Source of the DNA: Camelus ferus
Taxonomy: Eukaryota
Assembly: GCF_009834535.1 (NCBI RefSeq)
Contig: NC_045697.1
Location: 59,398,001-59,462,000 of the forward strand
Direction: 5' to 3'
Length of the DNA stretch: 64,000 bases
The number at the start of each line of letters is the position of its first letter. Position 1 is the stretch's first letter. The translations under genes and the position numbers were made by a program. The notes under the pieces are model-generated. The model saw nothing but the letters and a program-made list of their open reading frames with translations. It was not told the origin of the DNA and ran no database searches. Below are positions 13,716-25,190 of this stretch, piece by piece.

Positions 13716-14709
13716 TCCCTTTCCTCAGTTTTGTAGGTTTTTATTCCCTGTTTTTACCCATTGTTGAGTCATCATATTGTAAGAAGTTAAAGTATTAACA
13801 GATTAATATTTGTCTGATTTCCTGGTATTTAGAAACTATTTCAGAAACTTTTTTTTAGCAGATTTTAAATGTAGGTAGGACCTAAAAAATTAATAATTTA
13901 TCAATATTTATTGAATGAATTCTTTGCCATCAACCTGTGATAAATTTCAAAGTAGAGGTTAGATATATATAAAAACTTAACTTACAATAACATGTTAACT
14001 TTAGGATATCAAGACATTGCTAATAATATATAACATTATTATCATAATATATATCAACTATGTATTGAAAACTATTAAAGAATACTTTAATAAATTGACT
14101 TATATGGTAATCACTCAGAAGAGTATTAAAAATGATCTATACCTTCATCAGAAATCTCATAAAGAACTTGGCTCCTTTTATTTAAGATCTGAATGAGAGC
14201 CTTGAAGTTTATGCTGTTTTTTTTTTTTTCTCAGTTTCCACTCCCAACTTTTTTTGGGTCCAAACTCCACACTGTTGATTTAAGATTTCCAAGATTAAGA
14301 CTTATCTTTACTGCTTCAATGAGTATAGTTGAATGCATCTAAATTCACAAAGCCAAAGGTAATATTAGGAGTTCCCCTATTTCTTTCCATAAATACTTTT
14401 AGGATCAGCTGCTCCCATTCGAAGCATAGATTGTAGTGTCAGGCTGCAAGGAAGTGGTCTGTGGAGTAAGCAGAGGTCCAAGTATATCCAGCAGATGCTT
14501 CATTTAAGAGGTGCCAGAAAAGCAGAAAGCTTAAGGAAGAAACAGACAATGTTGCATGTGAGAAACTAAAAGTACATATTCTGTAGCTCAGTTTCCCAAC
14601 AAAAGGCAGGAAGGAAGAACAATGTAGCTATCAACCACCAACTTGAGATAGCATTTAAACTCAGAGAAGGAATAGGAGAAAAAAAAAAAAGGAAGGATGG
14701 CAGTGATTA

Positions 14710-15165
14710 AAAAATGAATTACCAAGTCATGAAAAGACACAGAAGAAGCTTAAATGCATATTTGTGTAGAAAAAGAAGCCAGTCTGAAAAGGCTACATTT
14801 TGTATGATTTCAACTATCTGACATTCTGGAAGAGGCAAAACTAAAGAGACAGTAAAAAATGTCAGTGATTGCCGGAGGTTTGGAGGGATGGAGAAAGGGG
14901 AGGGTGAATAGGTGGAGCACATGTAATCTTTAGAGCAGTGGAACTGTTTTGTACAATACTGTAATGGTGGATAAATGACATCATGCGTTTGTCAAAACCC
15001 ATAGAACTAACACAGAAAGAGTGAATTCTAATGTAAATTATGGATTTTAGCTAATAATAATGTATCAATATTGGTTAATCAATTATAAGAAATGTGCCAA
15101 ACTAATGCATGTTAATAATAAGGGAAACCATGAGGGAGGAGGAAAGGGATATTGGAATTCTTTGA
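14710..15165 (+). mobile_element. L1MC-like 3' UTR fragment
   Basis: aagaagccagtctgaaaaggctaca...tttgtcaaaacccatagaa...tgtatcaatattgg matches the recalled L1MC 3' end. Confidence 0.88.
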
Positions 15166-16084
15166 GAAAAAACGTGCATAGATCTGAGGTCTTTTTAGGT
15201 GGAAAGAATGTATGGATGACAGAGTTGACCACTGGACTGACAAAGAGATTCTGGACTCTACCAAAGGAGTTAGTTTCTAGGCTGAGTTTTGGTGGAATAT
15301 AATCTTGCCATAAAGGATCAACAAAGAGCCTGGTTTCTTGTCCTCATAGCATATTTCTCTCCTTCAATTTTTTGTTACTGCACTTTGGACACTCTCTTCA
15401 CAGATTTTCTGAAGGGAAATTATTTTTATGACTCTCACTGATTTCTTAAAGCAAAGAACATATTCCATGAAATTGAGGCACACCTGTTTGACTTCTGTCT
15501 ACACTCTACCCATAAGGGTGTTTTATCTCATATTTGAGATACCTTGAATTTGTCATTTGTAGCTCAGTTATAACCATATATATCCCCTCTTGTACCAACT
15601 TCTTATGGTAAGAGTCCTCAAATGACTTAAAATTGTCTTGGAGACATTACTGGTTCTCATTAACTCATTTGTGAGTCCTCTGCAAGGAGATGAAGTTTCC
15701 AGTATTGATCGAGAGTAACCACTTCACTGTAGAAAATATGGCTAAATTAGCTGAGAATAGGAGAACATTGTCATCAGTATGTCTAAATATTTGTGAGTCT
15801 GTGCTCTCTGGGTTAAATATTCCATAAAAGTTAAATAAAAAGTTTTATATAAAAGTTAAATCTGCATTAAGTGGATATATACAACATAAGAAAAACACTT
15901 TTTTTCCAGTGAGTTTAGATCTGTAAATATGACAGAAATTTCTTTTAGGGATTTTCCTTGATTTTTATAGAAAATCAATTGCTTATTTATCTGAAATCAA
16001 GATTAATAACATCTTTAATCCTGTACATAAATATTTATAATTAGTTTTAAAAAATATAAAATTGTAAATACTGCTCAAAATAAA

Positions 16085-16340
16085 ATTAGCAACTTGAAGA
16101 AGCATATGGTGAAAATAGAGATTTTGCTTATAAACTCCCCAACTCCCCAGTCACACTTCCCAGAGTATTTTCTATATAATAATTTCTAATGTATCTTTCC
16201 AGAATTATTTATGCATATACAGACTTCTATATGTATGTGAGTATGTAATGTATATTTGAAAAAAATTTGATGACTCACACACTATATATAAATATATAGA
16301 CATTTTTCAACATTACCTCATGTAATACTCCATCAATCAT
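16085..16340 (-). mobile_element. Old L1 (L1ME-like) 3' fragment
   Basis: ttcccagag...tgtatctttccagaattatttatgcatatac pattern. Confidence 0.45.
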
Positions 16341-19300
16341 GTGTATATGGGTATGCATGTGTAATGTGTGTACATACAAGTATGTTTTTGTGGTTCAGGA
16401 ATACGCATCTGAGAGAAACATTCAGACTTACCTTTAATGATTAGAATGTACCCCTAATGGTGATCACCTGATACAGCAAACAGCTTTGTCTAGAGTCATG
16501 TAGCTCATGACAGAATAGAGAAAAAGTTCCTACAGATCACTAAGGTTCAAAAATGGATTTCCTGAGCCAATGTCAGCCAGTCTTGGCTTCACAAATTTAC
16601 TGCAGTCTTGGAGTACTCTGAACAGGACACTTACAACACTTCAAAAGTTTATATCTGGCTGTTGGCCAAATAATACAGTCTTAGTTTGACTGTCAGTGGA
16701 AAATATTCAATTAGACGAAAGTACGGTGGAATGAGCTCTTCCTACAGGATCGAAACTCAACAAAATATTGCCATATAATTTCAGTAGGACCAGATTTCTC
16801 ATAAAGAAATGCCACTCTGAATGCTAAATGAAATTAAATGGGCTTTATTTTCTGGCAATAGCCTTACAGATAGATTATAAACCTCCTTCATTCCAAAGAT
16901 GTCTTATTTTTATTCCAGAAATCCAGAATTAGAAGGCAGCAAATTGTGGTCTTTAGAATCCTCAGGAGAGACCTCGGTAAGTGGAACTATTTGTATTTTT
17001 TGGCTACATCACAGGCAGCTCAATAGTTACTCAGTAATGTACTCCATTTTTCCAAATAAGAAACCCTTTGCATATCTGTACAGTTTGGAATGGGAAAGCA
17101 GATTTAAAGACCAGTTCATGACTAGATATTTATAAGATCTATTAATATTAGTCAAAGTTTATTCACCATACAGGCGAAAAGTATTAACCATTTGCTTTAG
17201 AGCCAGTGCCTTTTAAAGACCTTATGATCACCAGAATATTTTTCCTTGCATACTCAGTGCTACTCTATGCAATAAATTAAACACACCCCCACACACCCCC
17301 ACCATCAAGTGATTAACAAGGAGAACTCAATTTTAGTCACTTAGCACAAATGCAAGTCATTTGTTAAAAAGGAAAATGCATAAAATGTGGAAGTCATGGG
17401 AAGTGAAAAGCTAACATTTAGTTGCCTCTATATAGTTTAATTTAAGGTTGCTTTGAATTTCAGATGTAGAACTTTTGATGATAGGATAACAACAGGGAAG
17501 GGGAGCATGAATGAATTACAAGAGAGGCTTGTGGTTGGGTAGGAGAGGTGCTTTCCCCTTTATTTGCTTTTGTGAGAGTCTTTTCTTAATTGCATCTTTT
17601 GGCTTTTTCAAGCAACAATTACATTGCTTGATGTTGTTTTATTGTTGAAACTGCCCACAGAGATGGCTTGTGCTAACTCTAGATATCAGAAAAAATGCCA
17701 GAAATTGGATGCTTTATTCTATTAACAGGTACAAAAGCAAGATATCAATTTACATAATTTTAATTTTGGTGCAGAAAAATACAGAAGAGCTATATCAGCT
17801 TATTCTTTTGATATGAGAACTCCATCCTCTTAATTCTGGCGTGTCAGTGGTTATTGTAAATGTTGCAAGACACCCCAAAATTTGAATAGTAAGCCTAGCT
17901 AACAGCAAAAGTTGGGACTTAGACAAATTACTGTCCAATTTCTATTTACCCCACCACATGTCTCTCGTTCAGTTCTTCACTAAGCACTATCCAATACTCG
18001 GTTTTCCTGCCCTTTTCTAAGTGGACTTGCTCTGCATACATTCCTTTATCTTTCTGAGATTATGAAACTACTTTAAATATTCACTAGTTAATTTTACGTA
18101 ATCCATGTTAGAATGGCAGTGAATATCAGAGGACTGGAGAAAATCATCTTCAAAGACCTATTCTTTTCTCATTTTGTACTCTCATTTGGAAGAATGTACA
18201 TATATATTATATATATACTTAATTGTAGGATATTAAAATATAAAAATATGTAAAGAGGAAGTCTTCACAGTTTTTAAGCTCTGGGTGGTAGCATCTGTTA
18301 ACAATTTCATGTCTACCCAAGAGTTTTTATATGAAAAATAGTAATTAAATCTATTTATACTATATATGTTCTCTGTAATATTTTCCATTGTAAATCAACT
18401 GTACTACAATTAAAAATGCTTATTTTGTTATTTGTGATCAATTCCCTCCCAAAAGTTTCTCACTATTTACACTTACACTTTTTTTGCAGTAGTCTTTTGA
18501 TAGAACCCTGTTGGATATTTGACACCAAGCAGCAAAAGTAGTTTACGAGGGTAAACCAAAAAGGTAACGCAGATACTGTTGGTTGTGCCCTTTCAACTTC
18601 TCTAGTCTATGTGATACATATGCAGGGAGGTTTGCCATATTTAAGACAGTGTCCTCCAGCCGAGAAACTTCAAGGGAGCAGTGCTAAATCTATTTTGGCA
18701 ATCAAGCTTTGAGAGGTTAACTGATCTTATTTTTAGACATTGCTAACTACTCAATAGTTCATGGGTTTGAGTATGAAACTCAGCAGAGAAAGTCAAGCAT
18801 AGGGTTTGTCAGTATATGTGTTAAATGTGTTCTTTGACTATGAATGAATTTTACTGATTCAAGTGTAAACTATGTAAAATGAAAGATGGCAGCACTTGGG
18901 GAGTCTTATTATCAGAGCACATTATATCTACACCTAGAGCTGCAATCCAGAATGTCCAAAATTGATGCTTCAGTGTTATGAACTGGTAAATAATAGTTTT
19001 TCTGACTGGACTATATTATATTAGACTTTTTTTTTTTAATATTCAAACAATGCTTTCAATTCTGTATGAGTTCATGGATTCCATCCAATATAAATTAAAA
19101 GTACTTGTTTTCTTTTTTAAAAGGAATAATAGGGAAGAGGTAAACTTGACACTTCTGCTTCCAGAAAGTCATGCCCTTATAAAATCTTCCAACTAATTCA
19201 ATCATTTAGGGTAGTCAGCTGCAATAAACATTTTAGTTCTTCCAAATGGGAATATATTAACATTGGGTTTTGTGATTTCATTAAAAAAAGAAGAAAAGGA

Positions 19301-19604
19301 GGGAACATTTTATATCATTTTCTTCAAGGAAGGAAATAAACAGAATCTTATTACTGGGGAAAATTCTAAATCAGTGACTTGGCATAGGCCTGAGGGCCAA
19401 AATGGGATATCCTACTCTGCCCCACCTCTACTGCTGAAGAAATCTAAGAGAGCGAGTGAGGCAGGGCCACCCTAGGAGGTGGGCATGTTTCCCTACAGCC
19501 AGGCCACAGTGAGCACAAAGCTCAAGAGAAAAGATGGAATGGGACTCTCGTGTTTAAAGCACAGTGGAAAAATGAGATCCACTGAATGCCCAGGTTCTCA
19601 TCAA

Positions 19605-19852
19605 TAATACTGATGAAAGTAATGCTTACATAGTGTATCTCAAGCACTCTAAAACACGCATGCTATATATATGTAGTTTTCCAAGCACCTCCCATAGAGC
19701 AACTCATTGAATCCATGTAACAACTCTGCAAGGTAAGCACATAGAAGAAAACTGAGGTCGAATGAGGGTATCTGCCCCAAATCATGTTATGAGCTGGGAT
19801 TTGAATCTAAACAGTCTGATTCCAGAGCCAGTGCTCTTTGCCATTTTGCTGT
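19605..19852 (-). mobile_element. MIR SINE
   Basis: aacaactctgcaaggta...gaaaactgagg...gagctgggatttgaatctaaacagtctgattccagagcc is the antisense MIR core. Confidence 0.85.
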
Positions 19853-19939
19853 AATTTTGTCCAAGGGAGAGTGTGAGGGTGGGACAGATGAAAAAGAATT
19901 TGGTATCGGTTGACAAAAGGGTGTTTAATCTGACATAAG

Positions 19940-20125
19940 ATAATAAGTTTAATCATATCCAGAACTGATTGCATACTTATTACATACCGGGTACCTTCAT
20001 TTAACCCTCAAAACAATCGTTTGAGGTATGTACTTATTAACCCTGTTTTGAAGATGAAAAATCTAAGCAGAGACTGAGTAACTTATCCAAGCTCAACAAG
20101 TTGATAACTTGTGAAATTAGGAATC
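19940..20125 (-). mobile_element. MIR SINE
   Basis: tcatttaaccctcaaaacaatc...gttttgaagatgaaaaa...agtaacttatccaag MIR core. Confidence 0.75.
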
Positions 20126-20379
20126 ATGACTATGTTTTCATTCACTATTCTAGTCTGCTCTGCTAGGCTGTGAGTAGGGGGACATATTCCCCCCAATGCT
20201 CCCTGATCCTGTGTACTGTCTTAGCGCACTGGATTACCCAGAGAGTCTATAGTCATCCAGCATGTGGTACTTCCTTTTGGTAGGGAGGAGACAGTAGTCT
20301 TTCTTTAAAGACAGTCCTCGGTCCATCTTGGGCTTCTGGCTGACACACACACATACAGGTGCGAGCGCAAACACACACA

Positions 20380-20432
20380 TTATAATTATATAATTGAAAT
20401 ACAATTATAATATAATTATATAATTATAATAC
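20380..20432. repeat. AT-rich low-complexity repeat (TATAAT)n-like
   Basis: tataattatataattg...tataatataattatataattataat seen directly. Confidence 0.8.
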
Positions 20433-20999
20433 AAAATGAAATTCCCTTGCTGATTGGAGAAATCCAATTTCAAAGATGTTAAATCCTGAATTCATCTATA
20501 TATATATTATCCCTTTCAGCAATAGAAGTCTTAATTATATGCTAATATTAGTAGCTTTAGTCTGAGCCTTCTTCCACTCTTAGGGGAAACATTCTAACCC
20601 TAAACTCTTCCTGTTTTTCACTGTTCCAAAATTCCCATGGGGAGTTTTGCATTAGCTCCACCATCCAAAGCTGACCTTAGTGTGAGCTCTTCCTGGTATC
20701 ATAGCCTCCATCTTCACTCGTGAGTAGGGTGCTTTGCCTTTGTAGCAGCTAACTCTTCAAGCAACATTAATTGTCCTGATTCCACGCAAGCCAACACATG
20801 CTCTTGTCTATTTTTTTAAACACAAATAGGATCCCCTATTTTTTGCCTTGTGCTGTAGGACCTACTACTTTTACCTTCTAAGGGGGCTTTCTCCAGGTAC
20901 TCTCACTGAACAACTGGAGGCCATTCTTGACAGATTCCTGAATTTAAGATGCTGTTATTGACATTTCTAAACTTACGTGTTCAACGACTCAGGGAGTAA

Positions 21000-21660
21000 A
21001 AACTATATATATTTTTTGCTGCTCCACAAAATTGTGTTTCCCTTCAGAGTTTTAATTTTCCAAGCCATAATTTCTTTTATTAGCTATTTCAGAAGCACCA
21101 GAAAAACATTTTCTACTTCCTTTACTTGTAAAGCAAGGGTTCCATTTTCCAAGGCTTCCATTTTTTTCCTGATTTACCCCAGTCCTCTCAAAAGTTTAAG
21201 TTAAAGAAGTCCAATCTCCTTTTTAATTGCACATGTTTCTTGTTTGGTTTTTTATAGGAAGAATACCATATTATTGGTAAAATTGTTATTTTTTTCTTTT
21301 TGTTTCAGGTTTAGACATTTATTCCCTGAGAATACTCTTCTATATTCTGCTTTGTTGGTTTCTTTGAAAGCCAATGAATAGTAGGTCTCTCCAAAGCATC
21401 TGTTACATTAAACAAACCAGCCAAGGAGCAAACAAAATAAATAAAACAAAACCTCCTTATCCTCTTCCTGATTGTGACATTTTTACATAGGAGCTAAATT
21501 TGCAAAACAGTGTTTGACAAAATTGTCTCATCTGGCTTCTTTTTAGTGGATTTGGTCTTTCTTCTGTCTCCCTTTCATCTTGCCTGAGCCTTCACATAGG
21601 GCAGATCTGATTCCCCATGTATGATAACTCTATCCCTTTGAAACTACTAAATGGTTTTGG
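21000..21660 (-). mobile_element. Possible very old Ty3/Gypsy-type pol relic (RT to connection region)
   Basis: Weak but collinear minus-strand motifs: GDRRKTKST, CAIKKEIGLL, GVNQEK/MEALENGTLALQVKEVEN, LKGNTILWSSK. Confidence 0.33.
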
Positions 21661-22617
21661 AAATATTCATCCATAATTTTCCAGTTTTCCCTGTTTCAGA
21701 TATGTTCACATCTAATGAAATTGATCCATTCATGAAAAATAAGTTTCCCGATTGTTCCAATTACTAAATCTTTTCTATGCTTTCAGAGAGAGCCTCAAAA
21801 GTGTCTTTGTTATGTCTCCCTCTTGGAAAGTCAATTCAGTTTACTTCGGGAAATCTTATTATTCTTTTATGTTGCTGTGAGTCCTGAGAATGTTCTCTAA
21901 GAAAACAATTCTGATATCTTCACTTTTCTACACTCATCTTTAAAAGGATTTGTAGTTGGGTATATCATTTTTCCTTTTTTTAAAATATCTGTCTAGCTTA
22001 GCCTCTAGCTTTCTCCTAAGGAAATTTCTGACTTTCCATAGGTCAATTAGTGTGTCTGCCTTCATTTTTATTTCCCTTTCCCATTATTCTTACTGAGAAT
22101 GTATAACAAATCTTTTTTTTTTAAGTATCCCATATTTTAGTCAGTATGAAAATGGAAGAAATGTGAAAGACAGAGATTGTTAGCTTTCTTTCTGTTCTTT
22201 GCCAGACCAGCTGCTATCTAAATTGACTATCTAAATCTGGATTGATCTAAATGGTACCATTAATTAAACAATGTGGTATGTTCTTAGGAGTACCTATTAG
22301 AAGCGTTAATGCGCACTGGCTATATCCTGACCCCAGATGCTAGGAGACTTTGAACTCCTTTGATTACTTTCTTCCTTAGAATTGGGTTCCAATTATTGGA
22401 AATTGAAAGGTATCTATATTACCCTCTATATCCTCGAACATTTTGCTGAATACTACTCTGCCTCTTTGCCATAACTGAAACTCCGAGAATTAATTTCCTC
22501 TGTAGTACCTTTAAGTGGGTTTCATTTCTTTTACCATATTCCATGTAACTCAGGGCCAGCAGTAGGGGTTAGTAGCTCTCTATTGCTGCTTCCATGTCAT
22601 TCTTCCTCTAATTCCTC

Positions 22618-23003
22618 TGTATTAGTTTGCCGTCACCACAAAGTACCACAGACTGTGTGGCTTGAACAACAGAAATTTACTTTCTCACAGTTCTGGAGGC
22701 TAGAATGCCCAGATGAAGGTGTCAGCAGAGTTGTTTCTTCTGAGGGGTCTCTCCTTGATGTAGGCATGGCTGTCTTCTCCCTCCATCTTCACATCATCTT
22801 CCCTCTGTGGTCAATGGTGACCTAATTGTCTCTTCTTATAAGGACATCAGTCGTTTTGGATTAGGGCCCACCCTAATTACCTCATTCAACCTTAACTACC
22901 CTTTTAAAGAACTTAACTCCAAATATAGTCACATTCTGAGGTCCTAAGGGTTAGGACTTCAACATATGATTTGAGAGGGAGGACACCAATTCAGCCTGAG
23001 ACA
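22618..23003 (-). mobile_element. MaLR solo LTR (MLT1A/B-like)
   Basis: TG...CA ends; ttctcacagttctggaggctag, cttataaggacatcagtc, ggattagggcccaccct motifs; 5-bp TSD tcctc/ccctc. Confidence 0.93.
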
Positions 23004-24520
23004 CCCTCCTACTCATTCTTGCACCTTTGAAAATCAAGCTTCTGTTGACCCTTGGTTGCTAATAATCTCTGACCTGATTATTCTTCCTTATTTAGCAAAA
23101 ATGTAAGCACTTTATTTATAAGCCTTGCCCTCACCTTGAATAATTTCAAAGCTACATCAAAGTATCACCCTCCAATAACCTTTTTTAGGCAGTTTTTGAT
23201 TGCTTCAGTGTCTCTCTTCCACGATCACCCATTGGACCTGATCATCACTCATAAGTGCTCCATCTCCAAAATGTAAATGTCACCTTGCTCGCTCCCACCT
23301 TGCTTTTTCTCCTATTGCCATTTTCATTCTTCCTTGGCACCATCAGAAAACATTTATAACTCTAATTTTTCCCAGTGCTTCAGACTTCTTCTTCCTTCAT
23401 TGTTCTTTTTATTAAAATTAAATTTAATGATTAATAATTTCATTGTACTCTAACAAATATATCAAACCCTTGTTTCTCATTTAAAAAAAAAATCATGTCT
23501 GTACGATAACTCCCCTGCCATGGATGGACTCAGTTATATCTTGTCTATATCCCAACACTGAAAGAGGAAGTCCAGTGAAAACCAGTTCCACTATACATGG
23601 ATGATGCTTATCTCCACATTGCTTGCCAACCTTATTATACTTCTTTGGCCAATTCATTCATTCAAATATTTAAAACTTTTTTTTTCTTCACAAACTCCAC
23701 TTCCTTTACTTCCTGCTCCATCCCTGATGTTATATTCTACTTTGCAGAGAAAATAGAAGCACTTATCTTTTTCAGGTCAAACATCCCAGTCTTTTTGGAA
23801 CACACTGTGTACCCAGCTGCCTATGAGATCTTTCTTCTTGCAGATTTTAAAATAACCTCAAAAATTTGATCTTTCCCCATCTGAAACTGCCCCCTTCAAT
23901 GTGGTCTATCTCCGTGAATGGTTGTTCTATCCATGTAGTAATTTAAGCCAGAAATCTTGATAACCCTCTTTCTTCTCCATCCTTTTATATTTTTCACCAA
24001 GCTTTGTAGCTTGTCTTCTAAATATCTTTATCTATTCTTTTTCATATTCTTCACTTCACCATCCTGCTGCATAATACGATTATATATATATCCTAAAATC
24101 ACTCTCCTATTTATACGCTTAATAATTCTCACTCCATTTTTTCACATTGCAGCCAGAAGAATCTTTTCAAAACACAAATGTAGTAATGGCACCTTTCCTC
24201 CTCTGTTTAAAATTCTTGGAAGTTTGCCAGTTTTTCTTAAATCAATGGTAAGTAATATGTTGAAAATAGGACTCAGCATGGTTCCTCCAGCAGCTTCTAC
24301 TTGCATCATATTTCCTTTGCGTTTTCAGTTCTAATCTACCTTTAAGTTCATTGTACATGTTGTGTCCCTCTTATCACATTTGCACACAGTCTTCCCTCAA
24401 TTCTTTTATCTGTTTTCAACCTATTACGTCCTCCTTACCCAAATATAGTGTGGAACACTCAGAAGATTCTCCATAAATAATTGACAAACTAATAACTGAA
24501 TGAACGCATGAATGAAGAAT
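23004..24520 (+). mobile_element. L2 LINE (fragmented, endonuclease region to 3' tail)
   Basis: 23220-23249 translates HDHPLDLIIT (L2 endonuclease GHTLDL motif); typical L2 3' region; ends in a tgaatgaa-type tail. Confidence 0.75.
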
Positions 24521-24684
24521 GGATCAATATTTGAATTTTTTGAAAGGATAACCTACATATCAAATTCCTAAGACAATTTTAGGTATAGAAATGATAAATA
24601 TATGTGATGAGTATTCATGTCAGTGAATGAGTTTTACATTTAGTGAATATGAATTGTCATGCAGACTCCTCAATGTCAACTATA

Positions 24685-25190
24685 ATATTCTCTTCACCAA
24701 TCTCAACATCAAATCAATCACTTTAATATATCTTTTCTATCTCTTTTGTTTCACCTCACATTATCCTCTATCTTTATAATCATGGCTTTAGTTCCAGACA
24801 CTATTCTTTTCATCTCATTTCCTGAAAGAATCCTCCAACTGGTCTTTCTGCTTCTAATCTTCTATCTTTCTAGTTCTATTTTTTTAAAACTTTCAATCAG
24901 AGTCATCTTTTTAAAATGCAAAACGTATTAAATTACTTCCTAGCTTACATATCCTCAGTGCCTTCCTATTGTCTACAGGATAAAATCTGAAATCCCCAAG
25001 CACGGCCCCTCCTCTCCATCTTCTCTGGGATGCCTCCTTTGATTCATTACCTTATACTGAAACTGCTTGTTTTTCTGTCTGTCTTCCTCCCTAGTTTGTT
25101 GGACCTTTATGCTTAGCTCAGAAGTATGTCACAGGGTAGGTGTTCCATAACCATTTATGCAATAAGTGATTATAAATTAATACATTTAAG
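24685..25190 (+). mobile_element. L2 LINE 3' fragment
   Basis: cctccaactggtctttctgcttc...cagagtcatctttttaaaatgcaaa...acaggataaaatctgaa. Confidence 0.75.
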
